In this document: piece after piece, positions 56,506-64,000 of the stretch
Layout: each line of letters starts with the position of its first letter
How positions within the stretch are numbered: the first letter of the stretch is position 1
Source of the DNA: Microbacterium sp.
GTDB taxonomy: Bacteria; Actinomycetota; Actinomycetes; Actinomycetales; Microbacteriaceae
Assembly (NCBI GenBank): GCA_048594675.1
Contig: JBMDWQ010000018.1
Coordinates: 13,349 to 77,348 of the forward strand
Length of the DNA: 64,000 bases
Direction: 5' to 3'
The notes under the pieces: generated by a model
What the model saw: the letters and a program-made list of their open reading frames with translations, nothing else
Told to the model about the DNA's origin: nothing
Databases searched by the model: none
Position numbers and translations under genes: made by a program

Positions 56506-57027
56506 ATGACCGAAGCGGCGACCAGAGGCGATGCGGCGGACGCGCGCCCCGGCGATGGGCGTGCCGAGACGGTCAACGAGCGAGCGGACCGCAACTGGAG
56601 CGAGGTGCTGCAGGAGTTGCGCGTCCTGCAGACCGGAACCCAGATCCTCACGGGGTTCCTCCTGGCTCTCGCCTTTCAACCCGCCTTCGCCGATCTCGAT
56701 GGCCGCCAGCGCATCTTCTACCTCGTCCTGGTCATGCTCGCCGCCCTCAGCGCCATCGTGGCGCTCGCTCCCGTCGCGTTGCACCGCGTGCTGTTTCGAC
56801 GCGGCGCGAAACCGATGATCGTCGCCTTCGGACACGCGGCGCTGATCACCGCGCTGTTCACCGTCTCGCTCATGATGATGGGCGTTGTCGCGTTCGTCTT
56901 CGACGTGGTCGTGGGTTCGGGCGCCGCGTGGCTCGCCGGCGGTGCCCTGGGCGTGGTCATCGGCACGCTGTGGATCGTCGTGCCCGGGTTGATGGCGGCA
57001 GCACGCGAGTCGGCGGACGCGCCATGA
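56506..57027 (+). CDS. DUF6328 family membrane protein
   Basis: ETVNERADRNWSEVLQELRVLQTGTQILTGFLL...APVALHR. Confidence 0.85.
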   Translation: MTEAATRGDAADARPGDGRAETVNERADRNWSEVLQELRVLQTGTQILTGFLLALAFQPAFADLDGRQRIFYLVLVMLAALSAIVALAPVALHRVLFRRGAKPMIVAFGHAALITALFTVSLMMMGVVAFVFDVVVGSGAAWLAGGALGVVIGTLWIVVPGLMAAARESADAP

Positions 57028-57851
57028 CCGCGTCGGTAGGGGTGGCGGTCGGACAGTTCGCACCTTCGGCCGATCGCGGAGCCAATCTCGAGACCATCGG
57101 CGATCTCGCCCAGCGCGCCAACGAGCGCGGAGCCCACCTCCTGGTGCTCCCGGAGTACGCGAGCTACTTCGTGGATCCGTTCGATGCGTCACTCGCCGAG
57201 AACGCCGAGCCGCTCGACGGGCCCTTCGTCGCCGCGCTCACCGGTCTCGCCGGACAGCATGGTCTCATCATCGTCGCGGGGCTCCTCGAGCGGGCCGGGC
57301 AGGGGAGGGTGCGCAACACCGTCGTGGCCGTCGATGGTGAAGGCCTTCTCGCGCGATACCGGAAGCTGCACCTGTTCGACGCGTTCGGACAGCGCGAATC
57401 AGACTGGATCGAGCCGGGAACTCTGGAGGAACCGCAGACCTTCCAGGTCGCCGGGATGGTCTGCGGTCTGTTGACGTGCTACGATCTCCGCTTCCCTGAG
57501 GTGGGGCGGCTGCTGGCCGATGCCGGAGTCGAGCTCGCCCTCGTGCCGGCGCAGTGGGTGAGGGGGCCGCTGAAGGAGCATCAGTGGCGGACCCTGCTGC
57601 ACGCGCGAGCCATCGAGAACACGTTCTTCGTGGCGGCGGCCGACCATCCGCCGCCATTGGGCGTCGGCGCCTCCATGATCGTCGACCCCGTCGGCGTCGA
57701 GGTCGCCGGTGTGGGCACGGCGACTGAGGTCGCCGTCGCTCATCTGGACCCCGCAGCGGTGACGCGCGTGCGCCGCATCAACCCTGCGCTTTCCCTGCGA
57801 CGGTTCGCGGTGATCCCGAGGGGGAGCGAGACGCCTCGTCCCCCAGAGTGA
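57024..57851 (+). CDS. Carbon-nitrogen hydrolase (nitrilase superfamily, Nit1/Nit2-like amidase)
   Basis: Triad LVLPEY / YRKLHLFDAFG / TCYDLRFPE, ARAIEN. Confidence 0.9.
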   Translation: MTASVGVAVGQFAPSADRGANLETIGDLAQRANERGAHLLVLPEYASYFVDPFDASLAENAEPLDGPFVAALTGLAGQHGLIIVAGLLERAGQGRVRNTVVAVDGEGLLARYRKLHLFDAFGQRESDWIEPGTLEEPQTFQVAGMVCGLLTCYDLRFPEVGRLLADAGVELALVPAQWVRGPLKEHQWRTLLHARAIENTFFVAAADHPPPLGVGASMIVDPVGVEVAGVGTATEVAVAHLDPAAVTRVRRINPALSLRRFAVIPRGSETPRPPE

Positions 57852-57869
57852 TGCACGGCGCGCGCGGAG

Positions 57870-59105
57870 CTACGCACGCGCGATCGCAGCCAGCCGCTCT
57901 GACGCGTCGGTGATGACGTCGAGGCGCTTGCACGCCGCGAAACGCACGAGCCTGGAGTAGTCGTCGCGGTGCTCGGCAGTGACGAAGGCCGTCACGGGGA
58001 TCGCCACGACCCCCGCAGCTTTCGGAAGCCATCGGCACAGGTCGTCCGCGTCCCTTCTTCCGTGCGCCTCGCAGAGTTCCCGGGCATCGGCGATCGTGAA
58101 GTAGCCGGCCTGCGGCGCGATGACGGAGAACCCCGCGGCGTCGAGTCCCGTCGCCAAGAGGGTGTGCTTGTCGTGGAGGGTCGCCGCGGCGCCGAGGAAG
58201 AACTCGTCGGGCAGGCGCAGCCCGACGGCGACCGCCGGCTGGAAGGGCGCGCCGTTGACGTACGTGAGCCACTGCTTCACGGCGATGACGGCGTCGATGA
58301 GATGCGCCGGGCCGGTGATCCAGCCGACCTTCCACCCGGTGACCGAGAACGTCTTGCCGGCGGACGAGATCGACAGGGTGCGCTCGCGCGCGCCCTCGAG
58401 GGTGGCCAGCGGCACGTGAGGGGAGTCGAAGATGAGGTGCTCGTACACCTCATCGGTCACGATGATGGCGTCGTGCTTCTCCGCGAGGCGCACGATCTCG
58501 TCACGCACGTCGGCATCGAAGGTCGCTCCGGTGGGATTGTGGGGGTCGTTGACGAGGATGAGGCGAGTTCGATCCGTGACTGCGCGCCGCAGCTCCTCGA
58601 TGTCCGGCTGGAAGAGAGGCGGCCGCAGGGGGACGGGCACCGGGATCGCGCCGGCGAGCGCGATGAGTGCGGAGTAAGCGTCATATGTCGGCTCGAAGAC
58701 GACGACCTCATCGCCGGGACCGTCGACGAGCCCGAGGAGCGTCGCGGCGAGGGCCTCCGTGGCGCCGACGGTGATCAGCACTTCGCGATCGGGATCGACC
58801 GCGAGCCCGTAGAAGCGGCGCTGATGTTCCGACACGGCCTGGCGGAGATCGGGTTCGCCACGCCCGGGCGGGTACTGGTTCCGCCCGGTCGAGATCGCCT
58901 CTCGTGCCGCGTCGAGCACCTCGACGGGACCGTCTTCATCAGGGAAGCCCTGCCCCAGGTTGATCGCGCCGGTCTGAACGGCCAGGGCGCTCATCTCGGC
59001 GAAGATCGTCGGCGCGCTCGTGCCGTCGGGCGCCAGCAGCCCTGCTCCCCGCGCGGCCCGCTGCCAGGCTCCGGGCAGTGGCGGCGTCGACGGAATGCGC
59101 TGCAC
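57870..59105 (-). CDS. Class I/II PLP aminotransferase (YbdL / glutamine-transaminase type)
   Basis: AINLGQGFPD, NDPHNPTG, TDEVYEHL, SAGKTFSVTGWKVGW; leaderless TAGCCT-N6-GTG. Confidence 0.9.
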   Translation of the reverse strand: MQRIPSTPPLPGAWQRAARGAGLLAPDGTSAPTIFAEMSALAVQTGAINLGQGFPDEDGPVEVLDAAREAISTGRNQYPPGRGEPDLRQAVSEHQRRFYGLAVDPDREVLITVGATEALAATLLGLVDGPGDEVVVFEPTYDAYSALIALAGAIPVPVPLRPPLFQPDIEELRRAVTDRTRLILVNDPHNPTGATFDADVRDEIVRLAEKHDAIIVTDEVYEHLIFDSPHVPLATLEGARERTLSISSAGKTFSVTGWKVGWITGPAHLIDAVIAVKQWLTYVNGAPFQPAVAVGLRLPDEFFLGAAATLHDKHTLLATGLDAAGFSVIAPQAGYFTIADARELCEAHGRRDADDLCRWLPKAAGVVAIPVTAFVTAEHRDDYSRLVRFAACKRLDVITDASERLAAIARA

Positions 59106-59199
59106 CGGGTCAGGCTACACGCATAGGCTGATCGAGGCTTCGCCATAAGGAACGCACAGCATCGCGAGTCAAGCTGAGGGTGTCTCGAAAGGAACCGCC

Positions 59200-60705
59200 A
59201 TGAGCACTTCATCACCGGAAGACCACACCTCCGTCCCCGACGCCGGGTCGTTCCCGAACGGTGCGAGCGACGCGGCGTCCGACACCGCCGCCTCTCACAC
59301 CGAGTCCGCCCCCGCGGCGTCCGAGTCCGCCACCGCGGCACCCGACACCGCCGCCGGCGAGGCCGTTCCCCCGCGTCCGCCGCTGCCGTACGGCGGTGCG
59401 TTCCACACTCAGCCCACGCAGCCGTACGCCCCGGGCCCCTACACCTCGGCGCCGGGTCAGCCCGGGCCGGTGCCGCCCGCGGCCGAGCATGCGGGAGCGG
59501 AATCGTCCGGGCGCGTCGGCGCGGGCAAGATCGTCGCCATCATGGTCGCCGCCGCCCTCGTCGGGGGCGCTGCCGGTCTCGGCGCGTCGGCCGCCGGCGG
59601 GTCGTTCTTCGCCGCAAACGGCTCGACCGTCGTGACCTCCGGACCGTCCACCGTCACCGTCAACAACCGCGAGTCGGTCAACCAGACCACGGCGATCGCG
59701 GCGAAAGTCCTTCCGAGCGTCGTCACCATCGCGGCGACGTCCGGCTCCGGCGGCGGCACGGGTTCCGGGGTCGTTCTCAGTAGCGACGGCTACGTCGTGA
59801 CCAACACCCACGTGGTCACCCTCGACGGTGCCACCGGGGACGCCGCGATCACGGTGACGACCTCTGACGGCAAGGTCTATCAGGCCACGGTCGTGGGCAC
59901 CGACCCGACCTACGATCTGGCCGTGATCAAGCTCAAGGATGCGAGTGGTCTGACACCCATCCAGTTCGCCGACTCGTCGTCGCTGAATGTGGGGGATCAG
60001 ACCGTCGCGATCGGCGCGCCGCTCGGGCTCTCGAACACCGTCACCACGGGCATCGTAAGCGCGCTCAACCGCTCGATCCAGATCGCCTCGTCCGCCGCGC
60101 CCGACGGCGGCGCGGACGACGACTCGCCGCAGGGTCAGAACGAGTCGCCGTTCCAGTTCGATTTCGGGCAGGGCCAGCAGCAGCAGTCGCCGAAGAGCTC
60201 GATCTCCATCGCCGTGATCCAGACTGATGCCGCCATCAACCCCGGAAACTCCGGCGGCGCCCTCGTCGACGAGGCGGGGAAGCTGATCGGCATCAACGTC
60301 GCGATCGCCTCCACCGGGGGATCCAGCTCGAGCCAGGCCGGCTCCATCGGCGTCGGCTTCTCGATTCCGTCGAACGTCGTCAAGCGCATCACCGACGAGC
60401 TCATCGACACCGGGGCGGCCACCCACGGACTCCTCGGGGCGATGGTCGGCGACGCCGCTTCGCAGAAGGGTGCGACGACCGCGGGCGCCTACATCAGCGA
60501 GGTGTCCTCCGGCGGCGCGGCAGCCAAGGCCGGGCTCAAGGCCGGCGACGTCGTCACCTCGTTCAACGGGGTCCCGATCACCGACGCGACCGACCTCACC
60601 GCGCAGGTGCGTGCGCTTGCGGCGGGAAGCACGGCGACCGTCGTCTACGTGCGTGACGGCGCCACCGCCTCGGTCGAGGTGACCCTCGGGACGCTCTCCG
60701 ACTGA
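59200..60705 (+). CDS. htrA: Membrane-anchored HtrA-family serine protease with PDZ (PepD-like)
   Basis: TM helix; VTNTHV, YDLAVIK, DAAINPGNSGG; C-terminal PDZ; RBS GAAAGGA. Confidence 0.92.
   Translation: MSTSSPEDHTSVPDAGSFPNGASDAASDTAASHTESAPAASESATAAPDTAAGEAVPPRPPLPYGGAFHTQPTQPYAPGPYTSAPGQPGPVPPAAEHAGAESSGRVGAGKIVAIMVAAALVGGAAGLGASAAGGSFFAANGSTVVTSGPSTVTVNNRESVNQTTAIAAKVLPSVVTIAATSGSGGGTGSGVVLSSDGYVVTNTHVVTLDGATGDAAITVTTSDGKVYQATVVGTDPTYDLAVIKLKDASGLTPIQFADSSSLNVGDQTVAIGAPLGLSNTVTTGIVSALNRSIQIASSAAPDGGADDDSPQGQNESPFQFDFGQGQQQQSPKSSISIAVIQTDAAINPGNSGGALVDEAGKLIGINVAIASTGGSSSSQAGSIGVGFSIPSNVVKRITDELIDTGAATHGLLGAMVGDAASQKGATTAGAYISEVSSGGAAAKAGLKAGDVVTSFNGVPITDATDLTAQVRALAAGSTATVVYVRDGATASVEVTLGTLSD
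59272..59355 (+). repeat. Four degenerate 21-nt tandem units in the htrA N-terminal region
   Basis: gcggcgtccgacaccgccgcc / tctcacaccgagtccgccccc / gcggcgtccgagtccgccacc / gcggcacccgacaccgccgcc. Confidence 0.7.
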
Positions 60706-60711
60706 CAGCTC

Positions 60712-60756
60712 AGAAGGACGCCACCCCGCGATAGGCTCGCGAGGTGGCGTCCTTCT
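60712..60756 (+). terminator. htrA terminator hairpin overlapping the next gene's promoter and start codon
   Basis: 14-bp perfect stem + C/A mismatch + 5-bp stem, loop TAGGC, followed by ctttc. Confidence 0.75.
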
Positions 60757-61973
60757 CTTTCGGTGCGGGAAACGTCGCCAAGCTGGTGCGGATCCCGCTG
60801 TATGTCGCCGGACGGCTGGCCACGTTGATCGTCCCGCGCTCCTCACGCGAGTGGGTGTTCGGGTCCGCGGCCGGCGTCGCCGACGGTGCCCTCGCCCTCT
60901 GGCGTGTCGCGTCGGCTGCGGGGGAGCAGACCGTGTGGCTCGTCGCCGATGTCGAGCAAGAACGAGCGGCCGCTGCGGAGGGCATCCCGACCGTGCGGAA
61001 AGGCAGCGCCCGTGCCTTCTGGCGGACCGCGCGGGCGCGGGTCGTCGTCGTGACGCACGGCTTCGGCGACGTCGATCGCTACGCGACGACGGGCGCGGTC
61101 GTGGTCCAGTTGTGGCACGGCATTCCCCTCAAGCGCATCGGACTCGACTCGCCGGCCACGGTGCGCGCCCCTCTTGCGATCCTCCGGCCGCTCATCGCCG
61201 CGCTCTATCGGCGCACGCAACGACGGATCCGATTGATCCCGGCGGCATCGCATCTCGTGCGGGGGCGTCTCGAGTCTGCTTTCGCGCTCCCCGACCCGAG
61301 TGTTCCGGTGACGGGCGAACCACGCGTCGACGTGCTGTCGGCGGGACGGGCGGAGGACCGGCACGACACGGCGCGTGCCGAGATCGCGCGCGTCGTCGGT
61401 CCGATCGGCGATCGCGCGCTCGTGCTGTACGCGCCGACCTGGCGCGACGGCGCTCCCGACCCCGCCGTGCCCGATGCGGCGCAATGGCAACGCATCCTCG
61501 AGGTCCTGGAGGAGCGGGATGCGGTGCTGCTGATCCGCTCTCATCCGCTCGGGGCGGGCGACTATGCCGCCGGTGTCGGCGATCGGGTGCGTCTGCTCGG
61601 CAGCGATCTCGTCGCCGACGTCACGCCGTTGCTCCCGGCGCTGCGGGCGCTCGTGACGGACTACTCCTCCCTGATCTTCGACGCGTCGCTCGTGCCCGTC
61701 CCCGTGGTGTTCCTTGCTCCCGACCTCGAGTCCTACCGTGCCGAGCGCGGCTTTTACGGGCGATACGAGGACGTGTCCGGCGGAGACCACGCCGGCAGTT
61801 GGAGTCAGGCAGCGGACCAGCTCGCCGCCGTCCTCGTCGACGGAGCAGAGCGGGACCGGCGGCTGGGATGCGCGCGCACGCTCGACGCGAGTGTGCACGC
61901 CTTCCGAGACGGTCGGAACACCGAACGCGTGTACGCGCGCATCTGCGAGATCCTGGAAGGACAGCGGCGATGA
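60744..61973 (+). CDS. CDP-glycerol glycerophosphotransferase family protein (TagB/TagF-like)
   Basis: VQLWHGIPLKRIG, GEPRVD, LYAPTWRD, RSHP, TDYSSL; TAGGCT-N6-GTG. Confidence 0.88.
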   Translation: MASFSFGAGNVAKLVRIPLYVAGRLATLIVPRSSREWVFGSAAGVADGALALWRVASAAGEQTVWLVADVEQERAAAAEGIPTVRKGSARAFWRTARARVVVVTHGFGDVDRYATTGAVVVQLWHGIPLKRIGLDSPATVRAPLAILRPLIAALYRRTQRRIRLIPAASHLVRGRLESAFALPDPSVPVTGEPRVDVLSAGRAEDRHDTARAEIARVVGPIGDRALVLYAPTWRDGAPDPAVPDAAQWQRILEVLEERDAVLLIRSHPLGAGDYAAGVGDRVRLLGSDLVADVTPLLPALRALVTDYSSLIFDASLVPVPVVFLAPDLESYRAERGFYGRYEDVSGGDHAGSWSQAADQLAAVLVDGAERDRRLGCARTLDASVHAFRDGRNTERVYARICEILEGQRR

Positions 61974-63415
61974 TCCAGGCACGCTTCACACCGCACGCCG
62001 CTCTCGAACTCACCGGTCGCGGCGAACGACCCCGCCGCGTCGAGCTGCGCGGCCCCCGCGCGCGCGTGCAGGGCCAGATCACCGGACGAGGAAAGACGTG
62101 GCGGGCGGTCATCCCGCTGGAGGCGGCGCGGTGGGAGGGTCCGACTCTTCCGCTCCCGTCCGGCGACTACCTCGTGGAGACAGCGTTCGACGGCGACGCG
62201 GCGGCAGAGGAACTACCTGCGCTCACCCTGACGCAGTGGCCCTCGCTGCGGGCTGAGCTGCGCGACGGGGTGCTCCGGGTGGGGCCGCCCATCGATCCCG
62301 CCTACGACTCGGGCGAGGGCCAGGACGCTCTGGAACGCCGGTACGCGACGCGGCCCCAAGGGCTCGAGAACGCCGTGTTCTTCGAGAGTTTCTACGGGCG
62401 AAGCGCCAGCTGCAACCCGAGGGCGATCGATCGCGAGCTCGCGCGGCGGGCTCCGAACGTCACCCGTTACTGGAGCGTGGTCGATCTGTCGGTGCAGGTG
62501 CCCGACGGGGCGATCGCGGTCGTGGAGGGCAGTCCGGAATGGTGGCGGGCGCGCGGTGCGGCGCGGCTGCTCGTGGTCAACGACTGGTTGCGCCGTCGAT
62601 TCTCGCGACGACCGGGGCAGATCGTGCTGCAGACCTGGCACGGCACGCCCCTCAAGCGCCTCGCACTGCATCGCCCGGGTTTCGATCCGCGACGCGCGCT
62701 CGCGGTGCTGAAGGAGTCACGGCGGTGGAACGTGCTTCTGGCGCAGAACCACTATGCGGCGCGGGTCTTACGGGGTGCCTACGCGTTCCGTCGCCGTCCG
62801 ATCTGGATCGAGGGATACCCCCGCAACGACGTCCTCGTGACGGGCGAGGCCGGTCCAGTGAGGCGTCGCCTCGGGATCGCCGACGACGAGCGCGTGGTCC
62901 TCTACGCGCCGACGTGGCGAGACGATCGCGCGGACATCGTCGACTTCCTCGATCTCGAACGGTTGGCGTCGGTCACCGGCGCGATCGTGCTCGTGCGTGG
63001 CCACTCGCGAACTCTCGCGGGGGGCGACGACGCGGAGGGCGCCCGCGTCGTCGACGTCACGTCATACCCCGACGTGTCCGACCTGCTGCTGGCCGCAGAC
63101 GTCCTGATCACCGATTACTCCTCGGTCATGTTCGACTTCACGGTGACCGGGAAGCCGGTCTTCTTCTTCGCCCCGGACATCGATCACTACCGCGGCGAGC
63201 TGCGGGGGTTCTCTTTCGACCTCCTCGCCGAGGCGCCCGGACCGATCAGCGTCACACAGGACGAGCTGGAGGCTCATCTCGCCGACGGCGACCTCGTCGA
63301 CGGCTTCGCGGAACGCTACCGCGCGTGGCGCGGGCGGTTCAACGCGCGCGACGACGGCGCGGCGGCCCAGCGCGTCGTGGCCCGGATCCTGGATCAGGGG
63401 TTCGTCGAACGCTGA
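61970..63415 (+). CDS. CDP-glycerol glycerophosphotransferase family protein with N-terminal beta-rich extension
   Basis: FFESFYGR, QTWHGTPLK, GYPRND, YAPTWRD, ITDYSSVMFDF; ATGA overlap. Confidence 0.9.
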   Translation: MIQARFTPHAALELTGRGERPRRVELRGPRARVQGQITGRGKTWRAVIPLEAARWEGPTLPLPSGDYLVETAFDGDAAAEELPALTLTQWPSLRAELRDGVLRVGPPIDPAYDSGEGQDALERRYATRPQGLENAVFFESFYGRSASCNPRAIDRELARRAPNVTRYWSVVDLSVQVPDGAIAVVEGSPEWWRARGAARLLVVNDWLRRRFSRRPGQIVLQTWHGTPLKRLALHRPGFDPRRALAVLKESRRWNVLLAQNHYAARVLRGAYAFRRRPIWIEGYPRNDVLVTGEAGPVRRRLGIADDERVVLYAPTWRDDRADIVDFLDLERLASVTGAIVLVRGHSRTLAGGDDAEGARVVDVTSYPDVSDLLLAADVLITDYSSVMFDFTVTGKPVFFFAPDIDHYRGELRGFSFDLLAEAPGPISVTQDELEAHLADGDLVDGFAERYRAWRGRFNARDDGAAAQRVVARILDQGFVER

Positions 63416-63460
63416 CCGGCGGTGCGTGCCTGCGTCTGGGCGGTCGTGCCGCCACGGTGG

Positions 63461-64000
63461 TCACGGCAACGGCGTGTTGCGCTCCAGCCGCGAGGTGTCG
63501 ACGGTCTCCCGGGCGCCACGCAGCAGTCCCCACACGAACCCCGCCCCCCACGCAAGGTGCATCGAGGGAAGGACGGCGAGGCTCCACAGCCGTTCCCGCC
63601 CGCCACGCCCCCTCCCGGGAGCGACGGCGAAGGCGAGGACGAGGAGGACGTAGACCGCCAGTGGCGCGTAGACCACGCTGGCGACCAGTGCCGCGGGGCC
63701 GGTGATCACGCGGGAGGCCTGCAGCACGCCGACCACGGCCGCAAGCGCGACCAGCATCACGAGCAGGGGAGGGGCGAAGTAGCGCAGTGAGTTGCCGGAT
63801 CCATAGCGCCGCACCAGTTCCCCTCGCCACGTGCCCGTCGCGCGGAACTGGCGGACGAGCCGCGTCCACCTCTCGCGGGGCCAGTAGGTGACCGAGAGCG
63901 CCGGGTCGAACCACACGCGGTAACCGGCGCGCCGGATCCGGAGGTTGAGCTCCCAGTCCTCGCCGCGGCGGATGGACTCGTCGAACAGGCCGACGTCCTC
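63461..64000 (-). CDS. Family 2 glycosyltransferase, C-terminal part (runs off the window end)
   Basis: GLFDESIRRGEDWELNLRIR...WFDP...YWPR...QF, then C-terminal TMs with MHLAWGAGF. Confidence 0.85.
   Translation of the reverse strand, partial: EDVGLFDESIRRGEDWELNLRIRRAGYRVWFDPALSVTYWPRERWTRLVRQFRATGTWRGELVRRYGSGNSLRYFAPPLLVMLVALAAVVGVLQASRVITGPAALVASVVYAPLAVYVLLVLAFAVAPGRGRGGRERLWSLAVLPSMHLAWGAGFVWGLLRGARETVDTSRLERNTPLP

Noticed and set aside
59149-59172. ECF-sigma promoter GGAAC...GTCAA for htrA
   Set aside because: Only 14 nt between the elements, too short for SigE/SigH-type spacing.
60851-63415. 854-aa ORF suggesting a giant or frameshift-fused glycerophosphotransferase
   Set aside because: The first ~370 codons are an Arg/Gly-rich off-frame read of the upstream gene; the real start is the ATGA overlap at 61970 and I saw no slippery site.
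1-64000. CRISPR array, IS/transposase, prophage, toxin-antitoxin or defence island
   Set aside because: No regularly spaced repeats, no such protein motifs and no obvious compositional island; nearly all DNA is accounted for by conserved genes.

Overview
High-GC (about 70% by eye) actinobacterial chromosome segment, most similar in gene content and order to Microbacteriaceae (Microbacterium-like; inferred, not searched). It is almost all core genome. It contains the end of one peptide ABC transporter and a complete second one, typA, an XRE-cupin/azlCD exporter module, fdxA-dapC, gltA, ppk2, dapD/dapE, a PIG-V-like membrane glycosyltransferase, DUF3117, an O-methyltransferase, tatB, an MgtE_N-CBS/DUF1003/mrp operon, ggt/pepP, a DEAD-box helicase, adnAB, an APH-fold protein, nudC-uvrD2, an E1/ThiF-like + zincin + Lon-PDZ + UPF0182 cluster, a complete C50-carotenoid operon with divergent MarR regulator, initiator tRNA-Met, a nitrilase/aminotransferase pair, htrA and the start of a wall-glycopolymer locus. 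I saw no IS, integrase, phage gene or CRISPR array. The best leads are regulatory or residue-level. (1) Two exact TGTCGG-N10-TANNNT (PafBC/RecA-independent DNA-damage) promoters, one at adnAB and one at the uncharacterised 57-aa DUF3117 gene. (2) A 45-nt hairpin that could act as the htrA terminator while holding the -10 box in its loop and the start codon of the next gene in its stem. (3) An APH-fold pseudokinase between adnAB and nudC. (4) An Asp in place of one Fe-S cysteine in AdnA. (5) A C-terminally short UvrD2 overlapping an orphan E1-like gene by 152 nt antisense. Leaderless promoters are pervasive. I found no clearly self-contained novel multi-gene system; the candidates below are hypotheses.
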